In this document: positions 8,201 to 15,962 of the stretch, piece by piece
Position numbering within the stretch: the stretch's first letter is position 1
Layout: each line of letters opens with the position of its first letter
Source of the DNA: an uncultured Bacteroidota bacterium
GTDB lineage: Bacteria; Bacteroidota; Bacteroidia; 2-12-FULL-35-15
Length of the DNA stretch: 64,000 bases
Assembly (NCBI GenBank): GCA_903926385.1
Contig: CAIYIS010000061.1
Coordinates: 14,864-78,863 of the forward strand
Reading direction: 5' to 3'
The notes under the pieces: model-generated
The model's database searches: none
What the model saw: only the letters and a program-made list of their open reading frames with translations
What the model was told of the DNA's origin: nothing
Program-made: the position numbers and the translations under genes

Positions 8201-10482
8201 GGTAAAGGATTTACAGTTACTACAACGGTTGCTTCTGTAGAACAACCATTCGGTGCTGTATATGTGAAAGTATAAGTGCTAGTAGAGGACGGTGTAACAG
8301 TTATCGAGCTAGTTGTTTGTGTCATTGCCACTCCATTTTCCTCCCAATGATATATGCCTCCGGTTGGAGTAGCATTGGTAACAGAAATTGTTGCAGATTC
8401 CCCTAAACAAATGCTTGCATGATGTGGAGTAATTGTAAAAACTGGACTTTGATAAACCTGTACTTGAAAAGAGGCTGTTTGCTGACCATTGGTTGCTGTG
8501 TAAGTAGTGGTAGTTACTGGATTTACCGTTACTTCGCTTCCAATGGTATTATTATATGCAATAGTTGAACCCGGGATAGATGACCATACATAGTTAATAG
8601 GGTCGACTGGAGTCCAACCTACAACAGTACCTGTACTCAATCCATAATCGGGATACGCAAGATTAGCACCTGAAAGAGTCAATGTGCTTGAGTGGCCGCT
8701 GCATATTGGTGTGGTTCCACTTATACTTATTGGACATAATCCAGACACCTGTGTAGGAGTTGCAATACAGTTAGGGTTGGCATTTAGAGGCGTATAAAAT
8801 CCTAATCCTAATTCTCCACTTGAGTTTTCACCAAACGCATATAACACTCCATCGTCTCGGTAAGCAAATGTTTTAAAATTTCCTCCCGTTACTGCCCTAA
8901 TATTGGTTAAGCCGGATATTGGCTTAAATACATGACAAGATGTAGAAGGAATGTTTGCCAAACATCCACGATAATTATTCCCAACACCCCATACATAACC
9001 ATCCAGATCTACCACCAGCGAATGTTCTCTTGCCCCTCCTATAGCTCCAATACCTACTCCAAAAGGAGGAGGACCCGGATAATTCGCAGCAAAATATGGA
9101 TTCATGAGATGATCAAGATATAGCTGATTACTTACTCCACAAAGTCCTAATTGTCCCATAAAATCCGAACCACAAACTGCTAATCTTTGCATTTGCGCAT
9201 TAATATCATAATAAATTACCATCGATTGTCCGTCATAGTGAGGGATTGAACCGCCACCAGCTGAAATTGCTAGTGCAATAACATGATTAATATCACTTCC
9301 TCCAACAATGCCATTCATTTCTTGAGGTACTATAGTTTGATTAATATACCCAATTTGATATTGTCCTGCTTGCCCATTCCCAAATTGTCCTTCACTATTA
9401 TCCCCCCACGCCCATACATGTCCTGAACTATTACTCGCATAATCATCCATTGCCAAAGCATGATAGGATCCAGCCGAAATAGCAATAATTTTATGCAAGT
9501 AGTTTTGGGGTAATATTTGAAGTTCTACAGGCCAAACAACAAAAGAACCTGCGTTGTTTAGTAAAAGCTGATTATGATCATTATTCCCCCACCCATAAAC
9601 CGTTCCATCGGCAGCTAATGCAAGTGCATATTCCATTCCGGCAGAAATAGCTATTATCTTTTTTTGAGGATCTAGATTTTCATCCCCAAGCAACACACCC
9701 GAACTAAAAGTTACTCTTTCAGGATTACAATTTAGTATCGGGTTACCTCCGTTAGTACCGTTAGGGTCATCATAAGCACCATTTCCCAATTCTCCCCACT
9801 CATTTCGTCCCCATGCCCATACATGTCCTTTGTCATCGAGTGCCAAGGAAAAAAATGAACCTGCCGCAACTGCTTTGAATCGCCTGCCTGCCCAGTATGT
9901 ATCTGAACTTATCACTTGTGTAGGTGAACAATGATTATTACCGCAGTTGTTATAAATACCTAACTGTCCGTACACATCAGCTCCCGAGCTGTATATAGTT
10001 CCATACAGTCCCGATTCATCTAAGTTGCAAAGAAAGAGAGAATGACTCGTTCCTCCTCCTCCTCCCATCGATTTTACCCGCAAACTAACATCACTTACCG
10101 ACAATGCTGTCGGATTATCTATCGTTAGTTTTAGCTTATAATGCGTTCCTATGGATAAGCTGCGAGCCTCAAAGCTAACAAATCCCATTGCAGTATCACC
10201 TATAATTTTTGATTGCCCAGCACAAGTGCTTGTATAGAGCTCTAATCTAAACAGAGGAGCATTGATGGTGTCGGCCTGTAAGGCAACCACCATGCTGGAA
10301 TCATTGGCAGTAAAATCGTACCATCGCGTGGTGTCGCTCAGAGTAAAAGGAGCTATCACAGTATCGTGTGCACCCAGCATAATACTTGTAGGACATGTAG
10401 TTTGTCCCATGGCTCCTCGGGGCGCAAAAACTGCCAGCAAGCATATAGCCACAGCAGTAATCAATTGTTTTACTTTTTTCAT
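5254..10482 (-). CDS. Large secreted T9SS protein: RCC1-like propeller repeats, Ig-like Thr-rich repeats, right-handed beta-helix, type A CTD
   Basis: RCC1 motifs (SLALDDKGHVWAWGRNEWGELG, ALAADGTVYGWGNN, WAWGDNSEGQFG); VTVNPVTTTTYT repeats; WDGIY/N..F parallel beta-helix region; LYPNPNNG...GVYFY...KLIIVK CTD. Confidence 0.85.
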   Translation of the reverse strand: MKKVKQLITAVAICLLAVFAPRGAMGQTTCPTSIMLGAHDTVIAPFTLSDTTRWYDFTANDSSMVVALQADTINAPLFRLELYTSTCAGQSKIIGDTAMGFVSFEARSLSIGTHYKLKLTIDNPTALSVSDVSLRVKSMGGGGGTSHSLFLCNLDESGLYGTIYSSGADVYGQLGIYNNCGNNHCSPTQVISSDTYWAGRRFKAVAAGSFFSLALDDKGHVWAWGRNEWGELGNGAYDDPNGTNGGNPILNCNPERVTFSSGVLLGDENLDPQKKIIAISAGMEYALALAADGTVYGWGNNDHNQLLLNNAGSFVVWPVELQILPQNYLHKIIAISAGSYHALAMDDYASNSSGHVWAWGDNSEGQFGNGQAGQYQIGYINQTIVPQEMNGIVGGSDINHVIALAISAGGGSIPHYDGQSMVIYYDINAQMQRLAVCGSDFMGQLGLCGVSNQLYLDHLMNPYFAANYPGPPPFGVGIGAIGGAREHSLVVDLDGYVWGVGNNYRGCLANIPSTSCHVFKPISGLTNIRAVTGGNFKTFAYRDDGVLYAFGENSSGELGLGFYTPLNANPNCIATPTQVSGLCPISISGTTPICSGHSSTLTLSGANLAYPDYGLSTGTVVGWTPVDPINYVWSSIPGSTIAYNNTIGSEVTVNPVTTTTYTATNGQQTASFQVQVYQSPVFTITPHHASICLGESATISVTNATPTGGIYHWEENGVAMTQTTSSITVTPSSTSTYTFTYTAPNGCSTEATVVVTVNPLPASPVISGDPSACSTVTPVTYTIANFQASNINQYNINITNGVLASGISTTGTFTVTWNATAVSNGGSISITFQDPVTTCVSPPFVYQVSACCFNTGGNLTIYDQSASNLANIPGLILSTIGSFTVINSSSYSINGTLTVDHDLKISNANILMGTNAKIIISPGFNLEITGSHLSACTLMWDGIYESSSMSKIVIDRSILEDAKNALTVSGGGQYSLWSSIFNRNYSSLAVIANPASMTTNEVYGCYFTCRNLTYTSNNSSFPFTSNGSTYSLPMSSYVAPPNPLVYLKPAFPSYPANTKSFTGIEALLSSSLTFGKTSSAFQNVFDNMDNGIVLSGAAANVYNNLFWNFKQNSIPPPCKGCPQPPPSGNAIYATDPFTFFAGTHTLQVGGANAYEPNHFEVCTIGINSANYHNKIFKNDFKYMYNNGISLSYGNLRINDIEDNTFASVVGGINCMYMSGTSGTLIKGNHMNITGQGNPPFITNYGIYVGNASLASTKISIETNKINYPSTGIYMFNVKGGRIEQDNEILFTTTGTVGNPKSGIKVVGCAALTIGDNKVTYASFTPNVTTTLRGIHIQDTPNSAVFRNVLTHTGAGVYVYGDCDVARLECNEFHDCFNGFVFKNYALTGAKIGDQLPQIPGYIGKSTGNKWFNMASSNFNTGNVFTWMVGSDLHPYWYWETGNDPSLSTATFLHYFGPVSASNSNDCSIKILMNRGDEREINCGKIVRGENTYDTLGAEYLQRDSIYAFHYLKSNDTLLHLGTPDDELYQNFFAYAKTGNIGKFSKVIALVQDTAVANAADAKTINQNIITHTSKEDNAKMVNNIYLNKVAYEQDSTNTLMQPYPFDSAETATLMNVAYQNPFMGGDAVYMARVLLFMDLEDDVDIVEKMMITNNHKESTPSNFVLYPNPNNGNFTLGYHISDTDIGVLSIFDITGKFIKSYPFNSNETSININGAELNAGVYFYEVMVNDRKVKMDKLIIVK

Positions 10483-10776
10483 ATTCTTTATTTTTTTTTA
10501 AAAATCCAACCAATCCTTTCTTCATTTAAACCTTCCGAAATTCCCATTTCGGGGGTGTGAGTAGGTAAAGGTTGTATGTAAGCCTTGGTTGTATAAATCC
10601 TCCTTTCTAGGTTTGCTATGTGCTTTGGGTTTATTTCCGGCTAATGAAAAATTATAAACCAAAGCGGGTTAAGTGTTCTTGTTGTTGTGTTTTCTTTTCC
10701 TTCTTTCCCCTTTTCCGGTGCTTTTGCACACGGAATAAGGGATTGAAGGGATTTTTGCTTGTCAATTTCAGGTGTT

Positions 10777-11040
10777 TGTAACAAACGGGTGATCGGCTGT
10801 AACAAACGGGTAATCGGCTGTAACAAACGGGTAATCGGCTGTAACAAACAGGTGAGTGGTTGTAACAAACGGGTGAGCGGTTGTAACAAACGGGTGAGCG
10901 GTTGTAACAAACAGGTGAGCGGTTGTAACAAACGGGTGATCGGTTGTAACAAACGGGTGAGCGGTTGTAACAAACGGGTGAGCGGTTGTAACAAACGGGT
11001 GAGCGGTTGTAACAAACGGGTGAGTGGTTGTAACAAACGG
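10777..11040. repeat. Tandem array of 21-bp repeats (13 cores; consensus TGTAACAAACGGGTGAGCGGT)
   Basis: Cores start at 10777, 10798 and so on to 11029 with exact 21-bp period; variation is confined to a few positions; core TTGT-A-ACAA is palindromic. Confidence 0.97.
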
Positions 11041-11076
11041 ATGAATTATTGACAAAACGTTCATCTAATCAGGTTA

Positions 11077-11769
11077 TTAAGAAATTAGTAATCTAAATAC
11101 CTGACTCACGCCTTGTGGGCCATTTTTGTTTACCACTTCATGAGTAAAGTAAACATATTTGCCTACCGGTAGATTTTCGATAGTAGCTTTGGCAGCAATG
11201 GTGGGTACTATCCAGTTCCAAACCACACCATCTAACGAATATTTCCAAATATGACAAGAACGAGTGCCACCCCCGGCAGCAGTTAAAGTAACATTACCCG
11301 AAGTTTCACTGTTTACTACCTTAAATTCATGAAGCGAACTTCCTCCCAGAATTTTAATTCCAAAACCACCCGAATTCAGAATAGCTATTGCATTAGCCGG
11401 GTCATCGTCAGCAGCGGTTTGAAAAGTGCGCATCAACGATTTTAGCGCATTTACCATTGTCCTTTCTGCCGTTGCTCGTGTGGCAGGAGTTGCGGTGTTA
11501 AAAGCTCCAATTTTTCCGTTCAGAGCAGTTATCACAGGGGTAGGAATGGCAACTCGAGAGCTGCCTGCAGCAGTAGTAGAAATAAAAGTAGCTCTTACAC
11601 CTTTGTCTGCATTGCTTTCGGGCATATCCAGAGTGCCAGTTACCACATGTATCACGGTGGTAGTACTCATTAATATTACTATGTTGCCTTTTCCTTTTCT
11701 AAACTTTACACATTTTTTGGCGTAACTTCTGTTCTTTTTAGTGTTTACGCGAAATTCGATTTTTTTCAT
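11077..11769 (-). CDS. Hypothetical protein: Ala/Thr-rich helical N-domain plus C-terminal FN3-like beta-sandwich
   Basis: Amphipathic helices (..P.ITALNGKIGAF...LKSLMRTFQ...AILNSGGF) then an FN3-like pattern (WKYSLDG..W...ATIENLPVGKYVYF). Alternative start at 11670 (MSTTT). Confidence 0.75.
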   Translation of the reverse strand: MKKIEFRVNTKKNRSYAKKCVKFRKGKGNIVILMSTTTVIHVVTGTLDMPESNADKGVRATFISTTAAGSSRVAIPTPVITALNGKIGAFNTATPATRATAERTMVNALKSLMRTFQTAADDDPANAIAILNSGGFGIKILGGSSLHEFKVVNSETSGNVTLTAAGGGTRSCHIWKYSLDGVVWNWIVPTIAAKATIENLPVGKYVYFTHEVVNKNGPQGVSQVFRLLIS

Positions 11770-11996
11770 TTTTTTTAAAATTTAAGTTTTTAGTATTACT
11801 ATTATTTATGTTCTACTTCTTTCCGCTTGTTGTCGTCCTCTTTGCCCTGTCGGAATAAAGCTAATGCAGGGTAGTCGGGTGTCGGAGAGGGTGCGCATCG
11901 GGTGTTTGTTTTGCATTGTTTGGTGGGTGGTAAGCCCTGTATTACCGGTTTTGTTTTTAGTAAATGGCCCTGTGCTGTGCAACCTCTTTCGGCACT
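11770..11996 (-). ncRNA. Candidate conserved 5' leader / cis-regulatory RNA (copy A)
   Basis: Shares ordered blocks with 49820-50033 (see findings); lies just downstream of a TACTTTTA -7-like element at 11998-12005. Confidence 0.45.
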
Positions 11997-12026
11997 GTAA
12001 AAGTAAAGGCCTTGTTGGTTAAAATT

Positions 12027-12117
12027 GCTGCACTAAAGTCTGTATTTGCGCTGTACTAAAGTCTGTATTTTTGGGGAAGAATAATGTACTTTTGTGCAGT
12101 GTAAGGTGCACTAAAGT
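12027..12117. promoter_or_regulatory. Direct repeats GCTG(C/T)ACTAAAGTCTGTATTT x2 (23-bp period) plus a third partial copy; putative transcription-factor sites
   Basis: Copies at 12027 and 12050 are 20/21 identical; TGCACTAAAGT recurs at 12107. They lie just upstream of the minus-strand promoter of 11077-11769. Confidence 0.6.
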
Positions 12118-12199
12118 GCGGTTTTCGGTAAACTTTAGTTTATTTATCTCAACTATTACTTTCTTTGGTATTAAACCTTAAGATTATATTCGTTTAAAT

Positions 12200-12603
12200 G
12201 CCTCATCCCTGTTCAGGCACACAAGCAGGCTCAAATAGTCACCGGCTGTTTGTCATCCTCACTCCTAAGTAGAGGAGGTGAAACTTATTGAATCGTAAAC
12301 TTAGTTAGTACATAGTCACCCCTCTCCTTTGGAGAGGGGCTGGGGGTGAGGCGTTTTGCTATTTGTAAATAATCATAAGGATGAGTACCTTTTCTTCCGA
12401 TTGCCTCACCCCTTTATCTCCTCTCCAAAGAAGAGGGGTTGGGATATAACTATTACCCTAATTAAATAATTAAGAACAATTGAACAAACAAATAGTGAAT
12501 TTAGAAGTGTGTGGCGCAATTCTTAATTCAATTGTTCAGATGTTTGTTGTTCATTCGTCACACAACGGCCCCCTTCTCTTGTGCAGAGGGGCAGGGGAGA
12601 GGT
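12200..12603. repeat. Cluster of REP-like palindromes (CCCCTCTCCNNNGGAGAGGGG...GGGTGAGG family)
   Basis: Copies at 12319-12352 (+), 12403-12438 (-) and 12569-12603 (+, degenerate), with an interrupted copy at about 12200-12280; orientation alternates. Confidence 0.75.
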
Positions 12604-12655
12604 GATTAATGTTGCTGCCAGAAACAATTAGAATTTTTTGGTATAAATAAAATGT

Positions 12656-12663
12656 TACTTTTG
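12656..12663 (+). promoter_or_regulatory. -7 promoter element (TACTTTTG) upstream of the TPP riboswitch
   Basis: Exact TAnnTTTG match about 40 nt before the riboswitch. Confidence 0.6.
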
Positions 12664-12703
12664 CGGTGTTTTTTAAGAAAAGAATACCGTTTTTAAAAAA
12701 CAA

Positions 12704-12894
12704 ATCTTTTAAGGGGTGCCATTTAGAACTTGAAATAATGAATGACAAATTAAGATTTGAAGAGTCTTAACATTTACCATTCAAAATTCGTTACAGAACA
12801 TTTTCTTTCGGCTGAGATAATACCCAATAATTAAAATTTTACTAAAGAAATTTTAATTATGCACCTGATCAGGGTAATGCCTGCGTAGGGAGGT
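12704..12894 (+). ncRNA. TPP (thiamine pyrophosphate) riboswitch with long P3 and an extra J2/4 hairpin
   Basis: GGGGTGCC (12713)...GCTGAGATAATACCC (12811)...ACCTGATCAGGGTAATGCCTGCGTAGGGA (12863-12891): all canonical THI-box blocks, upstream of a TonB receptor. Confidence 0.93.
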
Positions 12895-12962
12895 AAGTTA
12901 AATAATGAATTGCATCCGACTCCTTTGGTTGCTGTAGGTTTAACAAAATAAATTAAATAAAA

Positions 12963-15431
12963 ATGTTTTACAAAATTAGAAAAGCTGTTGCTGTGGTGTT
13001 ATTTGCATTGCCTGCAGTGGCTATGAGTCAGTATGCAGTTTCGGGAAAAGTATTTCGCAAAGATTCTAAAGAAACTATTCCGGGTGCTACTGTTAGTATT
13101 GCCGGGACGTATGCTGCTGCACTCACTAAGAGTGACGGAAGTTTTGAGTTTGAAAATGTAAAAAAAGGAAAATGTGTGCTTGTGGCCTCGTATGCAGGTT
13201 TTCAAACGGTAACTGATACATTGATGGTGGATAAACTAACCAAAGTGGAGCTGGAACTATCAGAAAATACGGTGTTGATGGACGAAGTGGTGGTGTCGTC
13301 AACTCGAGTGGACGAAAAATCGGCAATGGCTTATAGTAATGTAAGCAAAGCCGACATAGCAGAACAGAATGTAGGGCAGGATTTGCCTTATCTGCTTAAT
13401 CAATTAACATCAGTAGTTACCACTTCGGATGCCGGTGCTGGTGTGGGTTATACAGGCATACGCATAAGAGGTTCGGATGCCACCCGAGTAAATGTTACCA
13501 TAAATGGAATACCTGTGAACGATGCCGAATCGCAGGGAACTTACTGGGTAGATTTGCCGGATATTGCTTCGAGCATTGATAATATACAGGTTCAGAGAGG
13601 TGCCGGAACATCAACCAATGGTGCAGGTGCTTTTGGAGGCAGCCTTAATATTCAAACCACCAAACTCAATCCGAAAGCTTATGGAGAGGTTAATTCTTCG
13701 TATGGTTCGTTCTCTACTCTTAAAAATACGGTTAATGTTGGTTCGGGATTAATCAATGATAAATTTGCTTTTGATGTACGATTATCAAAGGTCAACTCGA
13801 ATGGCTTTATAAACAGAGCCACTTCCGATTTAAAATCGTATTATCTCTCGGGCGCTTATTATGGAAAGAAAACAATTATCAAATTTATTACTTTTTCGGG
13901 TGTAGAAGAAACCTATCAGGCCTGGAATGGTGTGCCCGAATCTCGCCTCAATGGCGATGTTCAGGGGATGAATGAGTATATAAGCCGTAATTCTCTGGAT
14001 GCAGAGGATGCCACTAATCTTTTGAATTCAGACAGCCGAACATATAATATGTTTACTTACAAAAATCAAGTAGATCATTACAAACAGGATTATTATCAGC
14101 TTCATTTTTCTCACGAGTTTAACCGCGAATGGAATGCTAATATTGCTTTGCATTATACCAAAGGCAAAGGATACTATGAGGAATATCGCAAGGCGGATGC
14201 CTTCAGCAATTACGGATTGGATAATGTTATTGTTGGCACAGATACCATCACAACAACCAATTTGGTGCGCAGAAGATGGCTGGATAATGATTTTTACGGA
14301 ACCACATTTTCTCTTAATTATAACAACAATAAAAAATTTGCTGCCACATTGGGTGGCGCATGGAATCAGTATAAAGGTTTGCACTACGGAGAAATAATAT
14401 GGGCTCAATATGCCAGCAATGGTGTGCTTCACAATAATTATTATAACGATACTGCTCTTAAAACGGATTTCAATATGTTTGTTAAAGCCAATTATCTGGC
14501 AGGAGAACGAGTTAATTTGTATGCCGATATTCAATATCGTACAGTTGGGTATTCTTTTCTGGGATACGACAGCAATTTAAAGAATGTTCAGCAAAGCGAT
14601 ATGCTCGCTTATGTAAATCCTAAATTTGGAATTAATTTTAATATCAACGACAAAGCCAGTATTTATGCTTCTTACAGCATCGCGCATAAAGAGCCCAGCC
14701 GCGATGATTATACTCAGAGCACTCCTCAAAGTCGCCCACAGGCAGAACGTTTGAGAGATATCGAAATTGGTTATAAACATAAATTAAAGAAAATAATGTG
14801 GAGCTTGAATTATTATGCAATGAAGTATAACAATCAACTTGTGCTTACCGGGCAGGTTAATGATGTAGGAGCTTATACCCGTACCAATGTTCCGAATAGT
14901 TATCGTCAGGGTTTGGAAGCTGAATTGGGCATAAAGATCTTTAAACAATTAACCTGGAATGTAAATGCCACTTATAGCGAAAATAAAGTGGAACAGTTTA
15001 ATGAGTTTATGGACGAATATGATGAAGTGTACAATTATATTGGACAACGTCAGAATACTTATGCCAAAACAGACATTGCTTTTTCTCCTGACCTGATTGC
15101 CGGTAGTACCTTAGTGTTAGAACCTGTCAGAAATTTGAAGTTTAGTTTTATCAGTAAATATGTAGGGAAACAATTTTTGGACAACACATCTGATGAGGCA
15201 CGTAAACTGAATGCCTACTTTGTAAACGACTTTAGAATTAATTACACAGTTAAAACCCGTTTACTTCGTGAAATTGGTTTTACACTTTCAGTTAATAACC
15301 TTTTCAGCGAAAAATACGAGTCGAACGGATACACATATTCTTATGTTTATGCCGGAAAGCCAATTACCGAGAACTTTTATTTCCCTCAGGCGGGATTAAA
15401 TTTCATGAGCGGTATTACTCTTAAATTCTAG
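12963..15431 (+). CDS. TonB-dependent receptor, probable thiamine outer-membrane transporter
   Basis: Signal peptide; CarboxypepD-like N-domain; plug IRIRGSDATRVNVTINGIP; C-terminal F; TPP riboswitch upstream. Confidence 0.9.
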   Translation: MFYKIRKAVAVVLFALPAVAMSQYAVSGKVFRKDSKETIPGATVSIAGTYAAALTKSDGSFEFENVKKGKCVLVASYAGFQTVTDTLMVDKLTKVELELSENTVLMDEVVVSSTRVDEKSAMAYSNVSKADIAEQNVGQDLPYLLNQLTSVVTTSDAGAGVGYTGIRIRGSDATRVNVTINGIPVNDAESQGTYWVDLPDIASSIDNIQVQRGAGTSTNGAGAFGGSLNIQTTKLNPKAYGEVNSSYGSFSTLKNTVNVGSGLINDKFAFDVRLSKVNSNGFINRATSDLKSYYLSGAYYGKKTIIKFITFSGVEETYQAWNGVPESRLNGDVQGMNEYISRNSLDAEDATNLLNSDSRTYNMFTYKNQVDHYKQDYYQLHFSHEFNREWNANIALHYTKGKGYYEEYRKADAFSNYGLDNVIVGTDTITTTNLVRRRWLDNDFYGTTFSLNYNNNKKFAATLGGAWNQYKGLHYGEIIWAQYASNGVLHNNYYNDTALKTDFNMFVKANYLAGERVNLYADIQYRTVGYSFLGYDSNLKNVQQSDMLAYVNPKFGINFNINDKASIYASYSIAHKEPSRDDYTQSTPQSRPQAERLRDIEIGYKHKLKKIMWSLNYYAMKYNNQLVLTGQVNDVGAYTRTNVPNSYRQGLEAELGIKIFKQLTWNVNATYSENKVEQFNEFMDEYDEVYNYIGQRQNTYAKTDIAFSPDLIAGSTLVLEPVRNLKFSFISKYVGKQFLDNTSDEARKLNAYFVNDFRINYTVKTRLLREIGFTLSVNNLFSEKYESNGYTYSYVYAGKPITENFYFPQAGLNFMSGITLKF

Positions 15432-15563
15432 TAGTCAAAAGGACTGTGGTTTTAGGAATTTGTACCACAAAATAAGTATTACGTCTAATAATATTCAATT
15501 GAATTGAAATTATACTTAAAATTGTGCATCCATTGATTATAAAATTATTTAACTACAACAATT

Positions 15564-15866
15564 ATGAACTATCAAAAAGCGATTGAGAAGGTAAAAAAAT
15601 ATACCAGTTTTGTAGGAAAACAAATGCATATCGAAGAACACAGAGAAAAGATTACTATAAAGAAAGTAATGCTTTGTGAAATTATCTCGTCCAAAGGAGA
15701 TTCCGACCCCAAGCCGGAATACATAGTGCTGGATAATCTGGATTTGATGAAAGATAATTCGGAGAAACTAAAAGATAAAAATCTGGATGTAATTGTTGTT
15801 TACGAAAAATCTATTCTGAACGAATCGATAGCTGCCGATTTTAATAAGAAATATCCTCTTTTATAA
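15564..15866 (+). CDS. Hypothetical protein
   Basis: 100-aa ORF with an A-rich translation initiation region and a terminator downstream; no recognisable motif. Confidence 0.6.
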   Translation: MNYQKAIEKVKKYTSFVGKQMHIEEHREKITIKKVMLCEIISSKGDSDPKPEYIVLDNLDLMKDNSEKLKDKNLDVIVVYEKSILNESIAADFNKKYPLL

Positions 15867-15907
15867 AATAAGACTACTTCTCATTCCAACTAACTTTAAT
15901 AATTAAG

Positions 15908-15945
15908 CAAAAAGAAAGGGCGATTAATATCGCCCTTTCTTTTTG
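15908..15945. terminator. Bidirectional intrinsic terminator
   Basis: caaaaagaaagggcgat-taat-atcgccctttctttttg between convergent genes. Confidence 0.9.
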
Positions 15946-15962
15946 TTTATAGTTTTAAATTC

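Noticed and set aside
10777-11040. CRISPR or TIGR-like guide array
   Set aside because: Units are contiguous and near-identical with no unique spacers; no cas or Nop-domain gene was recognised in the window.
10641-11064. Heptad-repeat ORFs (LLQPLTR, GCNKRVS, HPFVTTA) over the 21-bp array
   Set aside because: Several frames on both strands are open simply because the 21-mer lacks stops; there is no evidence favouring any frame, so it is treated as a DNA repeat.
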